A stretch of DNA of 36,849 nucleotides from a virus (IMGVR_UViG_2663763326_000006), one strand, 5' to 3'; positions 28,406-36,849 are shown, counted from the first letter of the stretch. Numbers and translations are program-made. The notes: generated from the letters alone by a model not told the origin.

Positions 28406-29289
28406 TGTTTGCCGTACTGGGTGATATTGAGTTTGAGCTGATTACCTACTGGGACGGCTTCGAGGCCACGTTCGGCGTCGATTATGCGGAGCATGCCCGC
28501 ATCGGGGGTAAGCCTGGTCTGCAGTTCGTCGGCGACAGGCTGGACGAAATCCAGATAACTCTGGTTTTCCATCAGCATTATTGTGTACCCGATGTGGAGC
28601 TGGCGAGACTGCGAACAGCCATGAAAGCCCATCAGGCACTGGCGCTGGTCTTCGGCAACGGTGACTATCGCGGCTGGTTCGTGATCACCGATGTGACTGC
28701 AACCAGCGAGCAGACTGACAGTACCGGCAACGTGCTGGCTGTCAGTGCCACCGTGTCTCTCCGGGAATACACCGGTGACCCGAAAAATCCTCTGCAACCA
28801 CCGGCAATACGCACGAAGCTCCCGGGTGTCGGGGCGGTCTCCGGTGCCATACCTTCACCTTCAGGGGTGGCGCAGTTCATCCGCAACGGCGTCAACTATG
28901 CGAAACAGGCGCAGTCTGTACTCCAGACCACTATCAGCGCCGTTCGGGTGACACAGAAAATGAAGGATAACCCCGTTGTCGCACTGACCCGTGTGCCGGG
29001 GCTGATGAGCGGACTGGGTAATATCTCCGGGGCTCTGGGGAAAAGTGTTCCGGCGTTTAACGCACTCTCTGAATCCATGCCCGATGCCATCAGTCTGGCC
29101 AGAACAGCCAGCGAAGCAGCCACGTATGTACAGCAGGCACAGTCTGCGCTGAGTGGTGTGGACAAAAGAAATATTGCAGGTGCTCTGGATACCGTTTCCG
29201 GGCAGCTTAACGCCGTCGGCACAGCATTCAACCGCATGTCTCCGGGATTAAGTGCAATGGCCGCCAGAATACTGACGAGGAGTGTGTGA
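28405..29289 (+). CDS. tail protein with P2 gpU-like N-terminal domain and C-terminal extension (294 aa)
   Basis: Position after tape measure in P2 gene order; start overlaps tape-measure stop. Confidence 0.45.
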   Translation: MFAVLGDIEFELITYWDGFEATFGVDYAEHARIGGKPGLQFVGDRLDEIQITLVFHQHYCVPDVELARLRTAMKAHQALALVFGNGDYRGWFVITDVTATSEQTDSTGNVLAVSATVSLREYTGDPKNPLQPPAIRTKLPGVGAVSGAIPSPSGVAQFIRNGVNYAKQAQSVLQTTISAVRVTQKMKDNPVVALTRVPGLMSGLGNISGALGKSVPAFNALSESMPDAISLARTASEAATYVQQAQSALSGVDKRNIAGALDTVSGQLNAVGTAFNRMSPGLSAMAARILTRSV

Positions 29290-29501
29290 TGTTTCTTGAA
29301 CATGTTACCCGTGACGGAGAGCGCTGGGATTCGCTGGCATGGCAGTACTACGGTGACCCGCTGGGCTATCCCCGGATTATTGCCGCCAATCCGCACGTGG
29401 CCATCACGCCGGTGCTGCCCTCCGGGCTGTTGTTACTGATCCCGGTGATTGAGGCTGAAGAAGCCCGTACAGAAGAGGATATTGCCCCATGGCTGAGATA
29501 A
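29286..29501 (+). CDS. tail protein X-like (71 aa)
   Basis: Pattern WDSLAWQYYGDPLGYPRIIAANPHVA resembles P2 gpX; precedes gpD-like gene. Confidence 0.6.
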   Translation: MMFLEHVTRDGERWDSLAWQYYGDPLGYPRIIAANPHVAITPVLPSGLLLLIPVIEAEEARTEEDIAPWLR

Positions 29502-30622
29502 ACAGCACTGCGCAAGTCACATCAGCGTTAACCGGCGTCAGCGATGTGCTGACACCGGTGTTCACTCTGTGGTATCTGCAGAAAAACATCACCTCTGATA
29601 TCGCGCCTTATGTCACCCGTGTGACCTGGAGCGATAACATCAAAAATGAGTCCGATACCATTGAGGTGGAGCTGGACGACACCGATGGCCGCTGGCTGGA
29701 TAAATGGTATCCGGGCAAGGGTGACACGCTGACGCTGAAAATGGGCTATCAGGGCGAGAAGCTGCTGTCCTGCGGTACGTTCTCTATAGACGAGATCGAA
29801 GTGAGTTCGCCCGCTTCCGTTGTTTCTATCCGTGGGGTGGCCACCTCGGTTAACAGTGCCCTGCGGACTAAAACCAGTCGTGGTTTTGAGAACACCACGC
29901 TGGCAGCTGTTGCGGGGCGGATTGCCAGAAAGCACCGGCTGAAACTGGTGGGCAGCATTGAGTCCATCAGAATCGACCGGGTGACCCAGTATGCTGAAAC
30001 CGACGTGGGTTTTCTGCGCCGGCTGGCCAGCGAGTATGGTTATGCAGTGAAAGTGGTCAGTGACCAGCTGATTTTTTCTCATCTGGCCACACTGCGCAGT
30101 CAGGAGCCGGTCAGGCAGTTAAAACCGCAGGATGTGGCCCGCTTTTCCCTGCGTGACACCATCAACCGGGTCTATAAATCTGCAAAGGTAAAACACCAGA
30201 AAAGCAGCAGTAAAAAACTGATCGTCTACGAAGCTGATGGTGGTACCCGTGAAAGCGACAAAAAGCTCAAAGGTGGTAAGGTTACCAGCGCTGACTCACT
30301 TAAAGTTAACAGCCGCGTCAGCGACCCGGACAGTGCCCGGATTAAAGCGGATTCAGCACTGGCCAGACATAACGAATACCAGCAGAACGGCTCCCTGACG
30401 CTGACGGGAACACCTCAACTGACAGCAGGCAACAAAATTGAACTGGTGAGTTTTGGGCAGTTATCCGGGCCATGGCTCATAACCACTGCCCGCCATGCGT
30501 TTGACCGTAACAGCGGCTACACCACAGAGCTGGAAGTGGCACGGGGCCAGTCACAAGAGGGAAAAAACAAAAAACTCAGAAACTCACGGTTTATCACCCG
30601 GATGGCAGTACATCGACGGTGA
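29489..30622 (+). CDS. tail protein D (P2 gpD / Mu P-like, 377 aa)
   Basis: Size and synteny between X-like and V-like genes. Confidence 0.75.
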   Translation: MAEINSTAQVTSALTGVSDVLTPVFTLWYLQKNITSDIAPYVTRVTWSDNIKNESDTIEVELDDTDGRWLDKWYPGKGDTLTLKMGYQGEKLLSCGTFSIDEIEVSSPASVVSIRGVATSVNSALRTKTSRGFENTTLAAVAGRIARKHRLKLVGSIESIRIDRVTQYAETDVGFLRRLASEYGYAVKVVSDQLIFSHLATLRSQEPVRQLKPQDVARFSLRDTINRVYKSAKVKHQKSSSKKLIVYEADGGTRESDKKLKGGKVTSADSLKVNSRVSDPDSARIKADSALARHNEYQQNGSLTLTGTPQLTAGNKIELVSFGQLSGPWLITTARHAFDRNSGYTTELEVARGQSQEGKNKKLRNSRFITRMAVHRR

Positions 30623-30638
30623 TTAAGGAGAAGAAAAA

Positions 30639-31235
30639 ATGACTGGTGTCACTCGTCAGGTCGGTACGGTCAGTGCCGTTGATGCCGACAGGGTTCAGGC
30701 CCGCGTTCGTCTGCCTGAATGCGATAACCTGCGCACAAACTGGCTTAACGTGCTGCAGCGCAATACCCAGGATAACAAAGATTACTGGCTCCCTGACGTG
30801 GGGGAGCAGGTTGAGGTGCTGCTCGATGCCAACGGCGAGGATGGTGTTATTCTGGGCGCGGTGTATTCAGACGTCGATAAACCACCGTTCAGTGACAAAA
30901 ATATCCGGGGAACCCGGTTTGCTGATGGTGCAGAGTACAGCTACAACCGGAAGACGCACACTCTGATCATCCGGGGCGGCATTGAGCATATTGTCATTGA
31001 GTGTGGTGCTGATGTGGTATTGAAAACACAGAAAGCCACGATTGACGCACCGGAAACCGAACTTACCGGAGATCTGCGTGTCAGGGGTAAGCTGATTTAC
31101 GAAGGAGGCATGGCGGGTTCTGGTGGTGAAGGTGTTACCGCGACCATCCATGGCAATATCGAGATTAAAGGGAATGTCCATGCCACGGGCAGTATGTTGT
31201 CTGATGGCGAAAACTCCAGCCACCACTCCCACTGA
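30639..31235 (+). CDS. baseplate spike/assembly protein V (198 aa)
   Basis: Size, Gly-rich C-terminus, histidine-rich end; precedes W and J. Confidence 0.75.
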   Translation: MTGVTRQVGTVSAVDADRVQARVRLPECDNLRTNWLNVLQRNTQDNKDYWLPDVGEQVEVLLDANGEDGVILGAVYSDVDKPPFSDKNIRGTRFADGAEYSYNRKTHTLIIRGGIEHIVIECGADVVLKTQKATIDAPETELTGDLRVRGKLIYEGGMAGSGGEGVTATIHGNIEIKGNVHATGSMLSDGENSSHHSH

Positions 31236-31248
31236 GCTTTTTAAACGC

Positions 31249-31258
31249 CTTTAATATC
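31249..31258 (+). promoter_or_regulatory. CTTTAATATC motif, candidate late-promoter element upstream of baseplate W
   Basis: 31 bp upstream of ATG 31289; followed by GGGGCA-ATAC-TGCCCC hairpin abutting the start codon. Confidence 0.3.
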
Positions 31259-31288
31259 AGCGTTCCCGCACGGGGGCAATACTGCCCC

Positions 31289-31635
31289 ATGAAAACAACC
31301 TCAGTATTCTGGCAACCAGCCCTGCAGGCTCCCGGCGAAATTGTCCGGGGGCTGGATGATATCCGGCAGGCGATTCAAATTATCCTGCGGACTCCCCGCG
31401 GCAGCGACCCGCATCGCCCGGAGTTCGGCAGCAATCTGCATCTTTATATCGACTGGCCTGTAGACCGGGCCATTCCGCATGTGGTGCGCGAATCCGTCGA
31501 TGCCATCCGGCGCTGGGAGCCCGCTGCCAGCTTATGTCAGTTAAACCCGCCGTCGACGGCGAACATCTTACGCTCCGGGTGAGCTGGAAAGGCTCAGACG
31601 GACAGACCCGGACTCAGGAGCTGCTATGGCGCTGA
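31289..31635 (+). pseudogene. baseplate protein W (GPW/gp25 family) with apparent single-base frame break
   Basis: Frame of ATG 31289 reads through RRWEP then junk; -1 frame continues RCQLMSVKPAVDGEHLTLRVSWKGSDGQTRTQELLWR to a stop overlapping J; break at CCC 31520-31522. Confidence 0.65.
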
Positions 31636-32729
31636 CAGAACCCGATTTTATTGAACGCGATGCCGACAAAATCACGGCAGAAATGATTGCGAAGTATGAA
31701 GCGGATACCGGCAAAACGCTGTACCCGGCACAGGCAGAACGTCTGCTGATTGATCTGTGGGCCTATCGCGAAATGCTGGTCAGGGTTGCGGTACAGGAGG
31801 CAGCAAAGCAGAATCTGGTCGCCTTTGCCCGTGAGCCGATGATTGATTACCTCGGTGAACTGGTCGGTGTATACCGTCTTGCCGCGCAGCCTGCCACCAC
31901 CACGCTCCAGTTCTCCGTAGATGAGGCACTGGCCATTGATGTGCTGATCCCGGCAGGCACCCGCGTCAGCGCTTCCGACAGCGTTATTTTTGCCACCGAT
32001 ACAGATGTGGTACTGAAGGCCGGATTGCTGCTGGTCAATGTCACGGCCACCTGTACCGAACCCGGTACCGCTGGTAACGGCTGGCAACCTGCGCAGGTCA
32101 GTCAGTTACTCGATGAGATTGATAACGTTAACCTGCTGGTGAGCAATCTGATGGCCAGTTCCGGCGGTTCAGAACAGGAAGACGATGACAGGCTCCGGGA
32201 GCGTATCAGGCTGGCCCCGGAGTCATTCACCAATGCCGGAAGCCGTGGCGCATACCGCTTTCATGCCATGCAGGCCCATCCCAACATTGTCGATGTTGCT
32301 GTGCTTTCCCCGGTTCCCGGGACCGTAGATCTGTATCCGCTGCTCAGTACCGGTCTGCCGGACGGCGGTGTTCTCACGCTGGTAGAGAGTTTCTGCTCTG
32401 ATGAGAAAGTCAGGCCACTCACTGATACAGTGCGGGCTAAAACACCAGTGAAGGTGGATTACACCATTGAAGCCAGGATTACGATCTATCGTGATCAGGA
32501 TGCCAGGTCTGTAAAAGATGCCGCTAACAGCGCCATACAGAACTGGGTGGCATCACGTGCCGCCACGCTGGGGCGCGATATTGTCCCCAGCCAGATTATC
32601 AGTGCATTGTCCGTTTCCGGGGTGTACCAGGTTGAACTGGTGACACCGGCACTGCGGGTGGTGGCAGAAAACGAATGGGCAAACTGTACGGCAATCACTC
32701 TTAACATGACTGGAGTGTCTGATGACTGA
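31626..32729 (+). CDS. baseplate protein J (367 aa)
   Basis: Size and synteny V-W-J-I-H. Confidence 0.8.
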   Translation: MALTEPDFIERDADKITAEMIAKYEADTGKTLYPAQAERLLIDLWAYREMLVRVAVQEAAKQNLVAFAREPMIDYLGELVGVYRLAAQPATTTLQFSVDEALAIDVLIPAGTRVSASDSVIFATDTDVVLKAGLLLVNVTATCTEPGTAGNGWQPAQVSQLLDEIDNVNLLVSNLMASSGGSEQEDDDRLRERIRLAPESFTNAGSRGAYRFHAMQAHPNIVDVAVLSPVPGTVDLYPLLSTGLPDGGVLTLVESFCSDEKVRPLTDTVRAKTPVKVDYTIEARITIYRDQDARSVKDAANSAIQNWVASRAATLGRDIVPSQIISALSVSGVYQVELVTPALRVVAENEWANCTAITLNMTGVSDD

Positions 32730-33300
32730 GCCATTACAACTCCCGCCACCGCTTGAGGGTGATATCAGTCTCAGGACGCTGGGAAGACTGGCAGGACGGC
32801 TGGATAACATCGACCTGAGCGTACTGATGGTCTTTCTCGTCGATATCGTCGACAGTTCCGCGCTGCCATGGCTGGGCGAGCAGTTCTCACTGTCTGGCGA
32901 TGGCTGGGAGCTGGCGGAATCGGACGATGTTCGCCGCATGCTTATAAAAGCAGCCATCGAACTGCACCGGTATAAAGGGACGCCGTGGTCAATCCGGGAA
33001 GTTATCCGCCGTTTTGGCTTTGGTGAAGTGGATCTGATTGAAGGCACAGGTCGTCTCAGTTACGACGGCAATCGCAGCTATAACGGACTGTTTGTTCATG
33101 GAGATGCAGCCGCCTGGGCAGTTTATCGCGTTATTCTGAAACAGCCCATTACTAACGATCAGGCCGCGATGCTGCGTCAGACGCTGGCTGCATTTGCACC
33201 GGCCCGCTGCCATCTGGCCAGCCTGGAGTATCAGTCTGTGGCCATTCGCTATAACAATACCGCCATCCATGATGGCAGTTATAACCACGGGAGCAGTTGA
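32722..33300 (+). CDS. tail protein I (192 aa)
   Basis: Synteny between J and tail fibre; overlapping starts. Confidence 0.65.
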   Translation: MTEPLQLPPPLEGDISLRTLGRLAGRLDNIDLSVLMVFLVDIVDSSALPWLGEQFSLSGDGWELAESDDVRRMLIKAAIELHRYKGTPWSIREVIRRFGFGEVDLIEGTGRLSYDGNRSYNGLFVHGDAAAWAVYRVILKQPITNDQAAMLRQTLAAFAPARCHLASLEYQSVAIRYNNTAIHDGSYNHGSS

Positions 33301-34550
33301 TTATGGGAAACCTGAATGAAACAGAAAAGTGGGAAGAAAATATCTATCAACTGGAGACATCAGATCCGGTTCTGGGTGGTGCAGACGGGATATCAAATCG
33401 AGCCCCCCGGCAACTGGCAAACAGGACGAAATGGCTGAAGAAGAAAACGGAGGAAGCCGCACAGTCACTGGCTGAACACGTACGTTCCCGTAACCACCCG
33501 GACGCGACACTGACAGCTAAGGGGTTCACCCAACTGAGCAGTGCCACCAACAGCACCTCTGAAACGCTGGCCGCCACACCAAAAGCGGTCAAGGCTGCAT
33601 ACGACCTGGCAGCCGGCAAGGCGCCTGCCAGCCACACTCACCCGTGGAGTCAGATAACGGGAGTGCCTGCGGCTTCACTGACGGCAAAAGGCACCGTACA
33701 ACTGAGCAGCGCCACGGACAGTCAATCAGAAACTGAGGCTGCCACGCCGAAGGCGGTCAAGGCTGCATACGACCTTGCAGCCGGCAAGGCGCCCGTCAGC
33801 CACACTCACCCGTGGAGTCAGATAACGGGAGTGCCTGCTGCCTCGCTGACGGCAAAAGGCACCGTACAATTGAGCAGTGCCATCAACAGCACGTCTGAAA
33901 TACTGGCCGCCACACCGAAAGCGGTCAAGGCTGCATACGATCTGGCAAACGGAAAACAACCGGCAGATGCCACGCTCACTGCTCTGGCAGGACTTGCCAC
34001 TGCAGCAGATCGGTTGCCTTATTTTACCGGAGCAGACCGCGCAGAGCTGGCAACCCTTACAGCTATTGGTCGCGCTATTATCGCTAAGGGCAGTATAAAA
34101 GATGTCCTCAATTACCTTGGTTTGGGGGAAGGCTCGGCGCTGCCCGTTGGTGTACCTGTTCCGTGGCCCACTGCCACACCGCCAGCAGGCTGGTTAAAGT
34201 GCGACGGGCGCGCCTTTACAAAAGAACAATATCCTGTTCTGGCCAGAGTCTACCCGACCCTCCGTCTTCCCGATTTACGCGGTGAGTTTATCCGTGGATG
34301 GGACGACGGGCGAAAAGTGGATACAGGGCGCGATCTGCTTTCACGGCAGGATGGTACAAGTTTTTCTCATTACGCAGGTAATTTTGACATTGGGTCTGGT
34401 CATTCAATCAATAACTATGACCAAATCGTTGACAACCAACCTGGATTCTCCCGTTTTTCATTTGCAGGTCCTTCGCGAGGCGATGGGGTTAATTATGTGA
34501 CCATTCGTCCCCGTAACATTGCGTTTAATTACATCGTAAGGGCGGCATAG
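33297..34550 (+). CDS. tail fibre protein with fibre repeats and C-terminal tail-collar-like domain (417 aa)
   Basis: Three tandem 56-aa repeats; C-terminal VPWPTATPPAGWLKCDGRAFTKEQYPVLARVY...LPDLRGEFIRGWDDG resembles the tail-collar domain. Confidence 0.8.
   Translation: MIMGNLNETEKWEENIYQLETSDPVLGGADGISNRAPRQLANRTKWLKKKTEEAAQSLAEHVRSRNHPDATLTAKGFTQLSSATNSTSETLAATPKAVKAAYDLAAGKAPASHTHPWSQITGVPAASLTAKGTVQLSSATDSQSETEAATPKAVKAAYDLAAGKAPVSHTHPWSQITGVPAASLTAKGTVQLSSAINSTSEILAATPKAVKAAYDLANGKQPADATLTALAGLATAADRLPYFTGADRAELATLTAIGRAIIAKGSIKDVLNYLGLGEGSALPVGVPVPWPTATPPAGWLKCDGRAFTKEQYPVLARVYPTLRLPDLRGEFIRGWDDGRKVDTGRDLLSRQDGTSFSHYAGNFDIGSGHSINNYDQIVDNQPGFSRFSFAGPSRGDGVNYVTIRPRNIAFNYIVRAA
33510..33950 (+). 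repeat. about 2.6 tandem copies of a 168-bp (56-codon) tail-fibre repeat
   Basis: Repeat units start at 33510, 33678 and 33846; encode LTAKGTVQLSSA...AATPKAVKAAYDLA. Confidence 0.85.
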
Positions 34551-34554
34551 AAAC

Positions 34555-34699
34555 GTTGGTTTAGGAGAAGGCTCGGCGCTACCCGTTGGTGTGCCTGTTC
34601 CGTGGCCCACCGCCACACCGCCAGCAGGCTGGTTAAAGTGCGACGGGCGCGCCTTTACAAAAGAACAATATCCTGTTCTGGCCAGAGTCTACCCGACCC
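34555..34699 (+). other. second tail-collar cassette fragment, direct repeat of 34115-34262, truncated by IS26
   Basis: About 145 bp roughly 95 percent identical to the start of the collar-domain region, ending at the IS26 boundary. Confidence 0.6.
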
Positions 34700-35519
34700 G
34701 GCACTGTTGCAAAGTTAGCGATGAGGCAGCCTTTTGTCTTATTCAAAGGCCTTACATTTCAAAAACTCTGCTTACCAGGCGCATTTCGCCCAGGGGATCA
34801 CCATAATAAAATGCTGAGGCCTGGCCTTTGCGTAGTGCACGCATCACCTCAATACCTTTGATGGTGGCGTAAGCCGTCTTCATGGATTTAAATCCCAGCG
34901 TGGCGCCGATTATCCGTTTCAGTTTGCCATGATCGCATTCAATCACGTTGTTCCGGTACTTAATCTGTCGGTGTTCAACGTCAGACGGGCACCGGCCTTC
35001 GCGTTTGAGCAGAGCAAGCGCGCGACCATAGGCGGGCGCTTTATCCGTGTTGATGAATCGCGGGATCTGCCACTTCTTCACGTTGTTGAGGATTTTACCC
35101 AGAAACCGGTATGCAGCTTTGCTGTTACGACGGGAGGAGAGATAAAAATCGACAGTGCGGCCCCGGCTGTCGACGGCCCGGTACAGATACGCCCAGCGGC
35201 CATTGACCTTCACGTAGGTTTCATCCATGTGCCACGGGCAAAGATCGGAAGGGTTACGCCAGTACCAGCGCAGCCGTTTTTCCATTTCAGGCGCATAACG
35301 CTGAACCCAGCGGTAAATCGTGGAGTGATCGACATTCACTCCGCGTTCAGCCAGCATCTCCTGCAGCTCACGGTAACTGATGCCGTATTTGCAGTACCAG
35401 CGTACGGCCCACAGAATGATGTCACGCTGAAAATGCCGGCCTTTGAATGGGTTCATGTGCAGCTCCATCAGCAAAAGGGGATGATAAGTTTATCACCACC
35501 GACTATTTGCAACAGTGCC
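34700..35519 (-). mobile_element. IS26 (820 bp, IS6 family), complete
   Basis: 14-bp terminal inverted repeats GGCACTGTTGCAAA at 34700-34713 and 35506-35519; flanking 8-mers CCCGACCC and GCCGCCGC differ. Confidence 0.95.
34752..35456 (-). CDS. tnpA: IS26 transposase Tnp26 (234 aa)
   Basis: Protein begins MNPFKGRHFQRDIILWAVRWYCKYGISYRELQEM, recognised as IS26 Tnp26. Confidence 0.95.
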   Translation of the reverse strand: MNPFKGRHFQRDIILWAVRWYCKYGISYRELQEMLAERGVNVDHSTIYRWVQRYAPEMEKRLRWYWRNPSDLCPWHMDETYVKVNGRWAYLYRAVDSRGRTVDFYLSSRRNSKAAYRFLGKILNNVKKWQIPRFINTDKAPAYGRALALLKREGRCPSDVEHRQIKYRNNVIECDHGKLKRIIGATLGFKSMKTAYATIKGIEVMRALRKGQASAFYYGDPLGEMRLVSRVFEM

Positions 35520-35633
35520 GGCCGCCGCCGGCATCGGCCTGGCGAACAGGAAACCCTGCACCGTGTCGCAACCCGCCTGCCGCAACCACGCAAGGCAGTC
35601 GGGTGTTTCCACACCCTCGGCTACCACCTCCAT
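35520..35633 (-). pseudogene. tnpM: Tn21-type urf2/tnpM remnant (EAL-domain C-terminal fragment), cut by IS26
   Basis: Minus strand encodes [37 protein letters not shown]; bounded by IRi on one side and IS26 on the other. Confidence 0.65.
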
Positions 35634-35658
35634 TGTCGTTTTCAGAAGACGGCTGCAC
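35634..35658. repeat. IRi, 25-bp terminal inverted repeat at the intI1 end of a class 1 integron
   Basis: Sequence TGTCGTTTTCAGAAGACGGCTGCAC. Confidence 0.85.
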
Positions 35659-35835
35659 TGAACGTCAGAAGCCGACTGCACTATAGCAGCGGAGGGGTTG
35701 GATCCATCAGGCAACGACGGGCTGCTGCCGGCCATCAGCGGACGCAGGGAGGACTTTCCGCAACCGGCCGTTCGATGCGGCACCGATGGCCTTCGCGCAG
35801 GGGTAGTGAATCCGCCAGGATTGACTTGCGCTGCC

Positions 35836-36849
35836 CTACCTCTCACTAGTGAGGGGCGGCAGCGCATCAAGCGGTGAGCGCACTCCGGCACCGCCAACTT
35901 TCAGCACATGCGTGTAAATCATCGTCGTAGAGACGTCGGAATGGCCGAGCAGATCCTGCACGGTTCGAATGTCGTAACCGCTGCGGAGCAAGGCCGTCGC
36001 GAACGAGTGGCGGAGGGTGTGCGGTGTGGCGGGCTTCGTGATGCCTGCTTGTTCTACGGCACGTTTGAAGGCGCGCTGAAAGGTCTGGTCATACATGTGA
36101 TGGCGACGCACGACACCGCTCCGTGGATCGGTCGAATGCGTGTGCTGCGCAAAAACCCAGAACCACGGCCAGGAATGCCCGGCGCGCGGATACTTCCGCT
36201 CAAGGGCGTCGGGAAGCGCAACGCCGCTGCGGCCCTCGGCCTGGTCCTTCAGCCACCATGCCCGTGCACGCGACAGCTGCTCGCGCAGGCTGGGTGCCAA
36301 GCTCTCGGGTAACATCAAGGCCCGATCCTTGGAGCCCTTGCCCTCCCGCACGATGATCGTGCCGTGATCGAAATCCAGATCCTTGACCCGCAGTTGCAAA
36401 CCCTCACTGATCCGCATGCCCGTTCCATACAGAAGCTGGGCGAACAAACGATGCTCGCCTTCCAGAAAACCGAGGATGCGAACCACTTCATCCGGGGTCA
36501 GCACCACCGGCAAGCGCCGCGACGGCCGAGGTCTTCCGATCTCCTGAAGCCAGGGCAGATCCGTGCACAGCACCTTGCCGTAGAAGAACAGCAAGGCCGC
36601 CAATGCCTGACGATGCGTGGAGACCGAAACCTTGCGCTCGTTCGCCAGCCAGGACAGAAATGCCTCGACTTCGCTGCTGCCCAAGGTTGCCGGGTGACGC
36701 ACACCGTGGAAACGGATGAAGGCACGAACCCAGTGGACATAAGCCTGTTCGGTTCGTAAACTGTAATGCAAGTAGCGTATGCGCTCACGCAACTGGTCCA
36801 GAACCTTGACCGAACGCAGCGGTGGTAACGGCGCAGTGGCGGTTTTCAT
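35836..36849 (-). CDS. intI1: class 1 integron integrase IntI1 (337 aa, complete; start codon at window end)
   Basis: Protein [40 protein letters not shown] ... [11 protein letters not shown] recognised as IntI1; R32 and H39 present. Confidence 0.97.
36734..36762 (+). promoter_or_regulatory. integron cassette promoter Pc, weak PcW variant (-35 TGGACA, 17-bp spacer, -10 TAAACT)
   Basis: Hexamers at 36734-36739 and 36757-36762 on the strand opposite intI1; no TGN directly upstream of the -10. Confidence 0.8.

Noticed and set aside
33297-34699. Mu-type invertible G segment with alternative tail-fibre ends
   Set aside because: Repeated fibre segments are in direct orientation, not inverted, and no invertase gene lies between the fibre gene and IS26
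34929-35849. 306-aa plus-strand ORF spanning IS26, tnpM remnant and IRi
   Set aside because: Crosses three unrelated sequence blocks and is antisense to the IS26 transposase; an artefact of open frame
35493-35897. 134-aa minus-strand ORF treated as a single gene
   Set aside because: Chimeric: N-terminal part is antisense junk from the intI1 3-prime region and IRi, and the last 8 codons are read from the IS26 inverted repeat; only 35520-35633 is genuine coding remnant
1-36849. CRISPR arrays, tRNA or rRNA genes
   Set aside because: No short interspaced direct repeats seen; the only tandem repeats are coding (tape measure, tail fibre); no cloverleaf-like or rRNA-like regions noticed by eye, though tRNAs cannot be excluded without a dedicated scan

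Overview
The window is almost entirely a Mu-family transposable prophage with BcepMu-type layout, whose tail-fibre end is cut by IS26 and joined to a Tn21-type class 1 integron edge. The early module reads leftward on the minus strand (1-8602): Ner-like regulator, DDE transposase A, MuB-like ATPase, Gam, GemA and Mor, plus small accessory genes. An AT-rich immunity and accessory region follows (8603-11576): operator palindrome, XRE-type repressor, Dam-family methyltransferase, a P-loop NTPase and two small unknown ORFs. The lysis and structural genes read rightward (11577-34550): holin, SLT endolysin, nested spanins, Mu-like head genes and a P2-ordered tail module. IS26 (34700-35519) interrupts a second tail-fibre cassette and abuts a tnpM remnant, IRi and a complete intI1 carrying the weak Pc promoter. 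The tape-measure and gpW genes each show a single-base frame break at a homopolymer. The best candidate for something undescribed is the low-GC accessory cassette at 9169-11446; its function is not resolved from sequence. All family assignments are from motif recognition by eye, without database searches. Coordinates counted by hand may be off by 1-3 nt.
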